Of a DNA stretch of 64,000 nucleotides, positions 11,145 to 23,057 are shown one piece after another. The position numbers and the translations under genes were made by a program. The notes under the pieces were generated by a model, which searched no databases, was not told the origin of the DNA, and was given only the letters and a program-made list of their open reading frames with translations. How positions within the stretch are numbered: position 1 is the stretch's first letter; each line of letters starts with the position of its first letter. Source of the DNA: Squalus acanthias (lineage: Eukaryota); contig CM059433.1 in NCBI GenBank assembly GCA_030390025.1, forward strand, positions 12,526,001 through 12,590,000, given 5' to 3'.

Positions 11145-11487
11145 GCAAGAAGTAGAAAGGGAATGAATTAAATAGAAACTGTTTTTACTGGCAGGAGGGT
11201 CGGTAGCCAGAGGACACAGGTTTAAGATAATTGGCAAAAGAACTAAAAGGGAGATGAGGAGATTTATTTTTATGCAGCGAGTGGTTATGATCTGGAATGC
11301 ACTGCCTGAAAGGGCGGTGGAAACAGATTCAGTCGTAACTTTCAAAAGGGAATTGGATAAATACTTGAAAAAGAAAAAAAAATCTCAGGGCTATGGGGAA
11401 AGAACGGCGGAGTGGGACTAATTGGAGAGCTCATTTAAAGAGCCGGCACAGGCACCATGAGCTGAACGGTCTCCTTCTGTGCTGGAA
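11145..11487 (+). mobile_element. CR1 3' fragment
   Basis: RGHRFKI..QRVVMIWNALP remnant and 3'UTR. Confidence 0.8.
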
Positions 11488-12077
11488 ACATTGAAACATA
11501 GAAAAATAGGAGCAGGAGTCGGCCATTCGGCCCTTCGAGCCTGCTCCGCCATTCAATATGATCATGGCTGATCTTCTGTCCCAATACCATATTCCCGCTC
11601 TCTCCCCATACCCCTTGATGCCTTTTGTGTCTAGAAATCTATCTATCTCCTTCTTAAATATATTCAGTGACTTGGCCTCCACAGCTGTCTGCGGTAGAGA
11701 ATTCCACAGGTTCACCACCCTCTGAGTGAAGAAATTTCTCCTCATCTCAGTTCTAAATGTCCTACCTCGTATCCTGAGACTGTGACCCCTCGTTCTAGAC
11801 CCCCCAGTCAGGGGAAACATCCTCCCTGCATCCAGTCTGACTAGCCCTGTCAGAATTTAATACGTTTCAATGAGATCCCCTCTCATTCTTCTAAACTCTA
11901 GTGAATACAGGCCTAGTCGACCCAATCTCTCCTCATACGACAGTTCTGCCATCCCAGGAATCAGTCTGGTGAACCTTCGCTGCACTCCCTCTGTGGCAAG
12001 TATATCCTTTCTTAGGGTAAGGAGACCAAAACTGCACACAGTACTCCAGGTGTGGTCTCACCAAGGCCCTGTACAAC
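11488..12077 (-). mobile_element. CR1 3' fragment
   Basis: ORFs 11431-11820 and 11857-12039 (TRGHSLRIRG..FFTQRVVNLWNSLP). Confidence 0.9.
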
Positions 12078-12434
12078 TGTGCTGTAAGATTTTATGAAAT
12101 AACTCAAACATTTAAAAAACATACTTTGCCATCTTCAGTAATCCAAGGACCTAGTTAATAAGAAACCTTGTAGCACAGCAGACATAAAAAAGTTACATAA
12201 TCCATAGAAAGAAAATCAGTAAACTTATTCCTACTGCTGCCTTTCTGTGTCTGAAATTTCAGTCTCTGTGCCAGCTGAATAAACAAAGTGAAGCTTCCTT
12301 TTCTTGCCTCTCTCACCCTGGGGATTACTTGGCTTTGTGGTGGTGGAGTTGGGGGTTGGTGGGGGTTGGAGTCAGGGGGAGGGCGGTAGGAAGTGTCTTG
12401 TCATGACTGTAGGGCATGCTTGATGGACCAGCTA

Positions 12435-13292
12435 GTCTGTGTACAATTTTGGTCTCCTTACCTAAGGAAGGATATACTTGCCATAGAGGGAGTGCAACGA
12501 AGGTTCATGAGATTGATTCACAGAATCACCACAATGCAGATAGAGGCCATTTCGGCCCATCGAGCCTGCACCGACACATATCCCACCCTATCCCCGTAAC
12601 CCCACGTATTTAATCCCCCTAACACTAAGGGTCAATTTATCATAGCCAAATCAAACTAACCTGCACATCTTTGGACTGTGGGAGGAAACCGGAGCACCCG
12701 GAGGAAACCCACACAGACACGGGGAGAATGTGCAAACTCCACACAGACAGTCACCCAAAGCCGGATTCGAACCCGGGTCCCTGGCGCTGTGAGGCAACAG
12801 TGCTAACCACTATGCCACCGTGATTCCTGGGATGGCAGGACTGCCGTATGAGAAGAGATTGAGTAAAGTAGGCCTGTATTCTCTTGAATTCAGAAGAATG
12901 AGAGGTGATCTCATTGAAGCATACAAAATTATTACAGGGCTTGATAGGGTGGATGCTGGGAGAATGTTTCCCTTGGCTGGGGAGTCTAGAACCAGGGGTC
13001 ACAGCCTCAGGATAAAGGGTAGGCCATTCAGGCCTGAGATGAGGAGAAATTTCTTCACACAGAGGGTGGTGAATCTTTGGAATTCTCTACCCCAGAGGGC
13101 TGTGGAGGCTCAGTCATTGGGTGTATTCAAAACAGATGTCGACAGATTTCTGACTAGTAAGGACATCAAGGGATATGGTGATAGGGTCAGTGAATGGAGT
13201 TGAGGCTAAAGATCAGCCATGATCTCATTGAATGGCGGAGCAAGCTCGAAGGGCCGAATGGCCTACTCCTGCTCCTAGTTCTTATGTTCTTC
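12435..13292 (+). mobile_element. CR1 3' fragment split by a SINE
   Basis: ORF 12820-13203 is the CR1 ORF2 C-terminus; tail ttcttatgttct. Confidence 0.9.
12520..12820 (-). mobile_element. tRNA-derived V-SINE (HE1-like) with CR1-type tail
   Basis: Minus strand: A box TGGCATAGTGG, B box GGTTCGAATCC, V-domain-like ggtttcctccgggtgctccggtttcctcccaca. Short TSD tgattc at 12514-12519 and 12821-12826. Confidence 0.85.
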
Positions 13293-13411
13293 TTTTCCTG
13301 CCTGTGATTTCTGTATATTCGTACACAATTGGAGAGTACAACTTCCAGAATGCACCACTGTCAATCTGTGCAAGCACTTTGTTCAACACAATTCCTCGCG
13401 TTCAGCCTAAG

Positions 13412-14311
13412 GTTGAGTACAAAAGTAGAGAAGTTAGGCCACAACTGGAGTATTGCGTCCAGTTCTGGTCACCACACTTTCGGAAGGATGTGAAGGCCCT
13501 TGAGAGGGTGCAGAGGAGATTTACCAGAATGGTTCCGGGGATGGGGGGATCATAGCTACAAGGACAGGTTGGAGAAGCTGGATTTGGTTTCATTGGAGCA
13601 AAGGAGGTTGAGGGGTGATTTGATAGAGGTGTACACGATTATGACGGGTTTGGATAGGCTAGATGGGGAAAAGTTGTTCCCACTAGTTGATGGTACAAGG
13701 ACTAGGGGACACAAATTTAAGGTATTGGGCAAGAGATACAGGGGGGATGTGAGGAAAAACTTTTTTACGCAGCGAGTGGTGATGACCTGGAATTCGCTGC
13801 CAACGGAAGAGGTGGAAACATAGAAACATAGAAGATAGGAGCAGGAGTAGGCCATTCGGCCCCTCAAGCCTATTCTGCCATTTAATGAGATCATGGCTGA
13901 TCATCCAAATTCAGTACCCTGTCCCTGCTTTCTCCCCATATCCCTTGATCCTTTTAGCCTTAAGAAATATATCTAACTCCTTCTTGAATATATTTAAGGA
14001 ATTGGCCTCAACTGCCTTCTGTGGTAGAGAATTCCACAGGTTCACCACTCTCTGGGTGAAGAAATTCCTCCTCATCTCAGTCCTAAATGGCTTACCCCTT
14101 ATCCTTAGACTGTGACCCTGGTTCTGGACTCCCCCGCCATCGGGAACACTCAATGTTTTCAAGGGGAGACTGGCTAGGCACTTGATGGAAATAAACTTGC
14201 AGGGCTACAGGGATAGAGCGGGGGAGTGGGACTGACTGGATTGCTCTACAGAGAGCGGGCACGGACTCGATAGGCCGAATGGCCTCCTTCTGTGCCATAT
14301 GACTCTATGAC
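13412..14311 (+). mobile_element. CR1 3' fragment, interrupted by an opposite-strand CR1 tail (13817-14147)
   Basis: ORFs 13232-13555 and 13500-13823 are the CR1 C-terminus; it resumes at ~14148. The nested piece matches 3360-3698 reversed. Confidence 0.85.
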
Positions 14312-14699
14312 CCTTCAGAGACTAATGAACATGAGCTTGGAATGGAGGAAGGGAGTATTTTTTTAATTATTTCCTATTGATAGAGTATGCTAAAACTTAC
14401 GAAGGGAGATTTTTAAATACGTGGGCAGGAAATCATGAGCTAAGAAGTGCAGAATTGGAAAATCCCGGCCACTGTTTGTAAGCCCCATCTTCTACCCCTG
14501 TTGAGTGATGGAATGGGTCCGATAGCACAAAAACCCAGAGAGGCCATTATTAGGCTTGGTGAATGCTTAAAGATAATTAAGCATTTTTTATATTTAAAAA
14601 CAAGAAAACAGAGTAAAGCAGGAACTTTTGAACTCTTATCTGATAGCAAAAACAATAATATAAGGGCTTGTATAGCATCATTACAAAATAGAATACAAC

Positions 14700-16205
14700 A
14701 ATAGTAGTCTATAATAAATTAGCCAAAACTGTAGTTCAGTAATAACAATTAACAAAGAATCCAGACAGCACGCAATATTAATATTACTTAGCAATACAGG
14801 CAGAGCTCCGTCCCCACATAGGTGTGAGGTAACCCAACGCTAAGCAGAAAGCGGGATTTTATGAGGGATGACCAAAAGCTCGCTCAAAGGGGTGGGAATT
14901 AAGGAGAGTCTTCAAGGAGGAAAGCGCCAAGGGGTTTAGGGAGTGAATTCCAGAGAGTGAGACCTAGGCAGTTGAAGGTGCGGCTGCTAATAGTGGGGTA
15001 AAGAGAGGGAGGAATATACAAGAGGCTGGAACGAACAGTACCGAGGAGGGCTTGTACATCTGGAGCAGATTACAGATAAAGGGTTGCCCAAGATGATGGA
15101 GGGATTTAAACATAAGGATGAGAATTTTTAATTTGGGGTGTTGGGTGATTGGGAACTAGTGTTGGTGAGCAAGGACAGGAGCGATGGGCATGTGGAATGT
15201 ATTGCGGGATAGGATACGGCATGAGAGTTTTGGATGAGTTGAAGTTTATGGAGGTCACATGATGGGAGGCTGGCCAAGAGGCCACTGGAATAATCGTGTC
15301 TAGATGTGACGATGGGATATATGAACGTATCCATGGCAGGGTTAGGGGTGGAGGTGGATGATTTCATGGAGGTGAAGGCAGTCTTTGTAATGGAGAGGAT
15401 TTGGGGTACAAAGCTCAGCTTGAGGTTGCAGAGAATGCTAAAGTTGTGAACAGTATAGTTCAGTCTGAAACAGTGGCTAAGGAGGAGGATGGTGCTGGTA
15501 GTGATGATACAGAGATTTTGGTGGGGCCTGGTGATAATGGCTTTGTTCTTTCCAATGTTTATCTGGAGGATGTTAAGGTTTACCCAAGCCTGAACGTCAG
15601 ACAAGTAACCTGACAGCACAGGGTTAGTGGAGGGCCCCAGCGAGATGGTGGATAGTTAGAGCTGGGTGTTATTGGTGAACTTGTATAAACTGACCCCTTA
15701 TCTGTGGATGACGTCTGCAAAGGGCAGCATGTAGATGAGAAAGAGGAGGAGGGAGAGGCTAAGAATGGGTCCTTGAAGGACTCTGGAGGTGATGGTGCAG
15801 GGGTGGAAAAAGAAGCCATTGCTAGAGATACGCTAGCCCTGATTAGATAGGTAACAGTAGAACCAAATGAGGGCAGTCCCACGAGCTGGACAGCATTGGA
15901 GAGGCATTGGAGGAGAATGTTGTGGTTGATCATGCTGAAGGCTGTAGAGGCTGATGAGGACAAAGAAGAATGACAGTAACACAGAATGTTGTCCGTGACT
16001 TTGTTTAGAGCTTTTCTGGTGCTATAGCAGGGATAGAAGCCTGATTGGAGGGATTCAAATAGGACACGAATCTGAAACACTACATCATCTTCAAGGAGTT
16101 TGGAGCTGTAGTAGTAGTTAGCAAAGACAGAGGGGCCAAAGGGTTTCTTTTGATATGGGGGTTGAGAATAGCAGTTTTGAAAGGGAGAGAAACACTGACC
16201 GAGGA
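14700..16205 (-). mobile_element. Old L2 LINE, RT to 3' end, heavily decayed
   Basis: LFESLQSGFYP..STRKALNKVTDNIL; LSDVQAWVNLNILQINIGKNKAI; LHKLQLIQN. Confidence 0.75.
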
Positions 16206-16211
16206 GAGTTT

Positions 16212-16932
16212 AAAAAAAAAATCATTTATGGGATGTGGGCGTCGCTGGCAAGGCCAGCATTTATTGCCCATCCCTAGTTGCCCTTGAGAAGGTGGTGGTG
16301 AGCCTCCTTCTTCAGTCGCTGCAGTCCGTGTGGTGATGGTACTCCCACAGTGCTGTTAGGTAGTGAGTTCCAGGATTTTGACCCAGTGACGATGAAGGAA
16401 CGGCTGATATACTTCTAAGTCAGGATGATGTGTGACTTGGAGGGGAACTTGGAGGTGGTGGTGTCCCATGCGTCTGCTGCCCTTGTCCTTCTAGGTGGAA
16501 GAGGTCGTGGGTTTGGGAGGTGCTGCCAAAGAAGCCTTGGCGAGTTGCTGCAGTGCATCTTGTAGATGGTACACACTGCAGCCACGGTACGCCGGTGGTG
16601 GAGGGAGCGAATGTTTAAGGTGGTGGATGGGATGCCAATCAAGCGGGCTGCTTTGTCTTGGATGGTGTCGAGCTTCTTGAGTGTTGTTGGAGCTGCACTC
16701 ATCCAGGCAAGTGGAGAGTATTCCATCACACTCCTGACTTGTGCCTTATAGATGGTGGAAAGGCTTTGGGGAGTCAGGAGGTGAGACACTCGCCACAGAA
16801 TAACCAGCCTCTGACCTGCTCTTGTTGCCACAGTATTTATGTGGCTGGTCTAGTTAAGTTTCTGGTCAATGGTAACCCCCAGGATGCTGATGGTGGGGGA
16901 TTCGGCGATGGTAATGCCATTGAATGTCAAGA
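16212..16932 (-). mobile_element. CR1-group LINE 3' fragment (second family, poly-A tail)
   Basis: RAGQRL..LSTIYKAQVRSVMEYSPLAWMSA; same family as 30220-30927. Confidence 0.85.
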
Positions 16933-16933
16933 G

Positions 16934-17515
16934 TAAGAACATAAGAACATAAGAAATAGGAGCAGAAGTAGGCCATTCGGCTCCTCGAGCCCATTTAATG
17001 AGATCAAGGCTGATCCGATTTTGGCCTCAACTCCACTTTCCTGCCCGCTCCCCATAGCCCTTGACTCCCCTGTTGCTCAAAAATCTGTCGATCTCAGCCT
17101 TGAATATATTCAATGACTCAGCTTCCACAGCTCTCTGGGGTAAAGAATTCCAAAGATTCCCTCTGAGGGAAGAAATTCCTCCTCATCGCCGTCTTAAATG
17201 GGCGAGCCCTTATTCTGAGACTATGCCCCCTCGTTCTAGATTCCCTGATAAGGGGAAACATCCTCTCAGAATCTACCCTGTCCAACCCCCTCAGAATCTT
17301 ATACGTTTCAATAAGATCACCTCTCATTCTTCTAAACTCCAATGAGTATAAGCCCAACCTGCTCAACCTTTCCTCATAAGACAACCCTACCATCCCAGGA
17401 ATCAACCTCGTGAACCTTCTCTGGACTGCCTCCAATGCAAGTATATCCCTCCTTAAATAAGGAGACCAAAACTGTACGCAGTACTCTAGGTGTGGTCTCA
17501 CCAGTCCCCTATACA
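16934..17515 (-). mobile_element. CR1 3' fragment
   Basis: ORF 17118-17501; tail aagaacataagaacat. Confidence 0.9.
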
Positions 17516-18811
17516 GTGCTCCCGGGAGAAGGGTTATTTTGAATGTTCCTGTCGTCAGTTTTTCAGTACTTGGGATCAGTGAAGAATCTGGAGAGCCTCC
17601 AGACTGTAGATGGTCAGTTTTGTTTAAATTCCAAATCAGTTATCAGTAATACATTACACTGAGCCTCATCGGGATTCAAAGCTGTTATCCTTTCCATCAT
17701 TCGCCTGTTGCTGTTCATTCTCTTCAGGTTTTTTGGCAATTAAATCGTTACAAGACTTCCGTGACAAGCTGTCAGCATTTTCATTTTCTGCTGCAATGGT
17801 GGATGTCAAAGTTGCAGAGCTTAATTTTATCCTCAATCGTGCTTCATCGTCCGTGCTGACGCAATGTGGCTTGTCGTGTCTCCGTGCTCTGGTGTGCAGT
17901 TTTGTTCTCTGTCCCAGTACACCATATTACATTTTTGAAATAAGTGCTCATTTACCAATTTAAATCCATTCCGGTGTGCGTCCCATCGACATGCCGGATT
18001 TTTTTTCTGTTCACGAGGTCCTCACATGATACATCTCAAATGTGGATGTAATGTAAAGCGCTTTTTGAACATCGTTTCGGCACAGGCAGTGGCAGACTGT
18101 GCATCCCAATTCGGATTTAAGTAAATAATTTGCTTCTCCCAGGAGCATTGTGCCCGTGGTACATATTTCACCTTAAAAAGGATTAAAGTACCATTGGTGA
18201 TGCTGCATGTGCTGCACTAACAATACTTTCTCCCTTTCTTAATAGTGCATGGCTAAATAAATATGCCATGGCACAGGCAATGGGTAGGTCAGATTATTTA
18301 ATAAATGGGCATCAATTTTGGAAATAATTAGGAAAGCAAATGGTATGTTGTCCTTTATTACAAGAGGATTTGAGTATAAGAGTAAAGACGTCTTACTGCA
18401 ATTATATAGGGCCCTGGTGAGACCACACCTGGAGTACTGTGTACAGTTTTGGTCTCCTTACCCAAGGAAGGATATACTTGCCATAGAGGGAGTGCAACAA
18501 AGGTTCACCAGACTGGTTCCTGGGATGGGGGGATTGTCCTATGAGGAGAGATTGAGTAGACTAGGCCTATATTCTCTAGACTTTAGAAGAATGAGAGGAT
18601 TGAAACATACAAAATTCTTACAGGGCTTGACAGGGTAGATGCAGGGAGGATGTTTTCCCCTGACTGGGGAGTCTAGAACCAGGGGTCACAGTCTCAGAAT
18701 AAGGGGTCGGCCATTTGGGACTGAGATGAGGAGAAATTTCTTCACACAGAGGGTGGTGAATCTTTGGAATTCTCAGCCCCAGAGGGCTGTGGAGGCTCAG
18801 TTGTTGAGTAT

Positions 18812-20347
18812 ATCGTATCAGGCAACGGAACCCTGTGTGAGAACCTCTCTGGGTACGTCGAGGGCATCCTGAAACCCATCGTACAGGGAACCCCCAGCTT
18901 CTGTCGCGACACTACAGACTTCTTGCAGAAACTCAGCACCCATGGACCAGTTGAACCAGGAACACTCCTCGTCACGATGGACGTATCGGCACTCTACACC
19001 AATATCCCCCACAATGACGGCATCGCTGCGACAGCCTCAGTACTCAACACCAACAACAGCCAATCTCCGGACGCCATCCTACAACTCATCCGCTTCATCC
19101 TTGACCACAATGTCTTCACCTTCGACAACCATTTTTTTACCCAAACACACGGAACAGCCATGGGGACCAAATTCGCACCCCAATACGCCAACATCTTCAT
19201 GCACAAGTTCGAGCAAGACTTCTTTGCTGCACAGGACCTCCAACCAACGCTGTACACCAGATACATCGACGACATCTTCTTCCTTTGGACCCACGGCGAA
19301 GGATCACTGAAAGGACTACACGATAGCATCAACAGGTTCCATCCCACCATCAAACTCACCATGGACTACTCCTCAGAATCGGTTTCATTCTTGGACACAC
19401 GAATCTCCATCAAAGACGGACGCCTCAGCACTTCACTCTACCGCAAGCCCACGGACAACCTCACGATGCTCCACTTCTCCAGCTTCCACCCCAACCACGT
19501 TAAAGAAGCCATCCCCTATGGACAAGCCCTGCGAATACACAGGATCTGCTCAGACGAGGAGGAACGCGATGGACACCTACGGACACTGAAAGACGCCCTC
19601 GTAAGAACGGGATATGACGCTCGACTCGTCGATCGACAGTTCCGACGGGCCACAGCGAAAAACCGCATAGACCTCCTCAGAAGACGAACACGGGACACAA
19701 CCAACAGAGTACCCTACGTCGTCCAGTACTTCCCCGGAGCGGAAAAACTACACCATGCTCTTCGCAGCCTTCAACATGTCATCGATGACGACGAACACCT
19801 TGCTAAGGCCATCCCCACGCCTCCACTACTCGCCTTCAAGCAGCCGCCTAACCTCAAAAGTACCATCGTTCGCAGCAGATTACCCATCTTTCAGGAGAAC
19901 AGCAACCACGACACCACACAACCCTGCCACGACAACCTCTGCAAGACATGCCAGATCATGGACACAGATACCATCATCACACGTGAGGACACTACCCACC
20001 AGGTACACGGTACATACTCATGTGACTCGGCCAACGTTGTCTACCTGATACGTTGCAGTAAAGGATGCCCCAGAGCATGGTACATCGGCGAGACCATGCA
20101 GACACTGAGACAACGTATGAACGGACACCGCGCAACAATCGCCAGGCAGGAGGGTTGCCTCCCAGTCGGGGAACACTTCAGCAGTCAGGGGCATTCAGCC
20201 TCGGATCTGCGGGTAAGCGTTCTCCAAGGCGGCCTTCGGGATACACGACAGCGCAAAATCATAGAGCAGAAACTGATAGCCAAGTTCCGCACTCATGAGG
20301 ATGGCCTCAATCGCGATATCGGGTTCATGTCACGATACAGAACGTGA
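18812..20347 (+). pseudogene. Uninterrupted C-terminal ~510 aa of PLE RT-GIY-YIG, 5' truncated
   Basis: RYIDDIF intact; CHDNLCKTC; VVYLIRC..WYIGET. Confidence 0.92.
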
Positions 20348-20681
20348 CTTGACATCATGGCCGGTCTTTCCAGGTTTTTTTTAAACCCAAATGGAGAGGA
20401 TATGCAGCCAGCAGGTGTTTTGACACGTTGGACCCCCTGGGACACATCTCATTGTCTTGGCTGTGCTCTTAGTGTGTCTTTGATGTAGGGAAAGATTTGA
20501 ATAGATTTTGTCTGTGTTTATATTGTGAATTCTGGGAGATTCTCTCACAGCTACCCTACCTGAAGAAGGGGCGACAGCTCCGAAAGCTTGTAATTTTAAA
20601 TAAATCTGTTGGACTATAACCTGGTGTTGTGCGACTTCTCATTTTTGTCCACCCCAGTCCAACGCCGGCATCTCCACATCA
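18814..20681 (+). mobile_element. 5'-truncated Neptune-type PLE (family A) with 3' pLTR
   Basis: 9-bp TSD tgagtatat at 18805-18813 and 20682-20690. Ends ..ccggcatctccacatca, the sequence that precedes the ATG in copy 5169-8342. Confidence 0.95.
20557..20592 (+). ncRNA. Minimal type I hammerhead ribozyme (PLE family A)
   Basis: tac-CTGAAGA-a-ggggc gaca gctcc-GAA-agct-t-gta. Confidence 0.85.
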
Positions 20682-22225
20682 TGAGTATATTCAAGACAGA
20701 GATCGATAGATTTTTGAATATTAAGGGAATCAAGGGATATGGGGATAGTGCAGGAAAGTGGAGATGAGGTAGAAGATCAGCCATGATCTTATTGAATGGC
20801 GGAGCAGGCTCGAGGGGCCAAATGGCCTACTCCTGCTCCTATTTCTTATGTTCTTATAATTGGTGCTACATTGTGATTATAAGTAAGAGGGGTTTATGTG
20901 AGATGTGGGATTATTAGAATAGTGCTTTAGATACTCTTTGAAAGCTAATGGAATGTTGACCTTTATCCCAAGAGTACTGGATTACAAAGAGGAGGAATTT
21001 ATGCTTCAGTTGTTATAGAGTCTTGGTCTAAAGTGTAATTGCCTGATGCTAACACTGGGTAAAGTTGGATAAGTTCAGTTCCCTAACATTGTTATTCCTA
21101 ACCTATTAAGTACAAAATTCAATTTTCTCCCACTGCCAAAATTTGAGATCTGCCTCATCAGGAAAAAAAGCTGCTCCCACAGAGCCATTTTCCTCTGCTT
21201 AATGATGGCAGCACTTCTGGTCATGAAACCGCATTGATACAATGATGGTTCTCTTTGTCTCTGCTTGGCCCGGCTTGCCAAGGCCTCTAATTAGCTAACA
21301 ATACGAACTGCACTCTTTGAATACAGTCCCATTTAAACATTTTACAATGTCCCTGCCATGCTATCAAAAAGTATGTTGTTCCTGACAGACGTTAAGTTTG
21401 TAACTACAGAAACTCCAGCCCAAACACCCTGCCAAGCAATGATCAGCTACCTAGATCCCTCGTTCGGCCCGCAATTCTTCCCACTTGCACATGTTCCTTG
21501 GGTTGGCGACAGACGTCCATTTTCTGTTTACAATTGATAAAAATCCAGCAGTAGTTTTACCAACTGAGGTTATTTGAATATAGATCCGTTCCACAGTGTG
21601 AATCAGGAAAAAAGTGGAGTTACCTGTATGTACACTGGAACATATACACTGTTTGCGAGATTATTTTATTGATAGACATTAAATATGTAACGGCAGAAAC
21701 TCCAGATGGGTGGATCACCCCTGCCATACAGGTTCACAAATTTGACTGGATATTTCACTGCCATTTGTGCTGATTTTGCTGAAATGCAGGTGCGGTGGGG
21801 GCGGCGGGGGGGACGGAGGCGGGGGGTGGGGGGGGGTTAGGGGCGAATCACTCTCTTCCAGGACAATCGCTGCAGTGGTGTCCATCTTCCTCCACAATAA
21901 TTATAGATTTATTTATACACTCCAGACCACTCAGGAGAAACACGGTAGGAGATCGGGTAGTAATAATAAATTACCTCCTTTTTGATTAAAAAAAAAGGTG
22001 GAGATACACATCAGGTTTATCAGCAGCTGAAAAGAGGAAAGGGCCCAGTTGAGGTGCGGCGGGCGGGATTCGAGTGGGAATGAGGCGGTAAGTTTGCGGG
22101 GGCCATTTTAACTGCGTTACTTCGGGTCGAGTGGGTTGAGATCGCCTCCCTCTGTATGCCATGTCTTTATTCATAATTGAGAAGTCGCACAACACCAGGT
22201 TATAGTCCAACAGCTTTATTTGAAA

Positions 22226-22262
22226 TCACAAGCTTTCGGAGCGCTGCTCCTTCGTCAGGTGA
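22226..22262 (-). ncRNA. Minimal hammerhead ribozyme
   Basis: Reverse complement of 22265-22301. Confidence 0.8.
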
Positions 22263-22264
22263 AG

Positions 22265-22301
22265 TCACCTGACGAAGGAGCAGCGCTCCGAAAGCTTGTG
22301 A
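22265..22301 (+). ncRNA. Minimal hammerhead ribozyme
   Basis: tcac-CTGACGA-a-ggagc agc gctcc-GAA-agct-t-gtga. Confidence 0.85.
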
Positions 22302-22416
22302 TTTCAAATAAAGCTGTTGGACTATAACCTGGTGTTGTGCGACTTCTCACTTTTGTCCACCCCAGTCCAACACCGGCATCTCCGCATCATTTATTCATAA
22401 TAATAGTGAAGGTGCG

Positions 22417-23057
22417 ATGTGTGCTTCACACCAGTCACTGAAAGCTAACATGCAGGTGCAGCAAGCAGTTAGGAAGGCAAATGGTACGTTGGCCTTCATT
22501 GCAAGAGGATTTGAGTACAGGAGCAAGGATGTCTTACTACAGTTATACAGGGCCTTGGTGAAACCACACCTGGAGTACTGTGTGCAGTTTTGGTCTCCTT
22601 ACCCTAAGAAAGGATATACTTGCCATAGCGGGAGTGCAGCGAAGGTTCACCAGACTGATTCCTGGGATGGCAGGACAGTCGTATGAGGAGAGATTGGGTC
22701 GACTAGGCCTGTATTCACTAGAGTTTAGAAGAATGAGAGGGGATCTCATTGAAACGTATAAAATTCTGACAGGGCTAGACAGACTGGATGCAGGGAGGAT
22801 GTTTCCCCTGGCTGGGGGGGTCTTGAACGAGGGGTCACAGTCTCAGGATACGGGGTAGGATATTTAGGACTGAGATGAGGAGAAATTTCTTCACTCAGAG
22901 GGTGGTGAACCTGTGGAATTCTCTACCACAGAAGGCTGTGGAGGCCACGTCACTGAATATATTTAAGAAGGAGATAGATAGATTTCTAGACGCAACAGGC
23001 ATCAAGGGGTATGGGGAGAGAGCGGGAATATGGGATTGAGATAGAGGATCAGCCATG
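22417..23057 (+). mobile_element. CR1 3' fragment; its 3'UTR resumes at ~25715-25795 after a nested CR1
   Basis: ORFs 22417-22686 and 22580-22858; gatcagccatg | atcatattgaatggcggagc joins across the insertion. Confidence 0.85.

Larger units (their letters stand above)
18325..20856 (+). mobile_element. CR1 3' fragment split by PLE insertion
   Basis: ORFs 18318-18638 and 18639-18872; CR1 sequence resumes at 20682. Confidence 0.9.
22178..22389. mobile_element. Non-coding palindromic PLE family A insertion with two divergently oriented hammerheads
   Basis: 85-bp perfect arms at 22178-22262 and 22265-22349, plus a 40-bp tail. 12-bp TSD tttattcataat at 22166-22177 and 22390-22401. Confidence 0.92.

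Noticed and set aside
18764..18811. Apparent N-terminus of the 527-aa PLE ORF (possible CR1-PLE fusion protein)
   Set aside because: Begins at a TTG in out-of-frame CR1 sequence upstream of the TSD; no ATG or promoter evidence.
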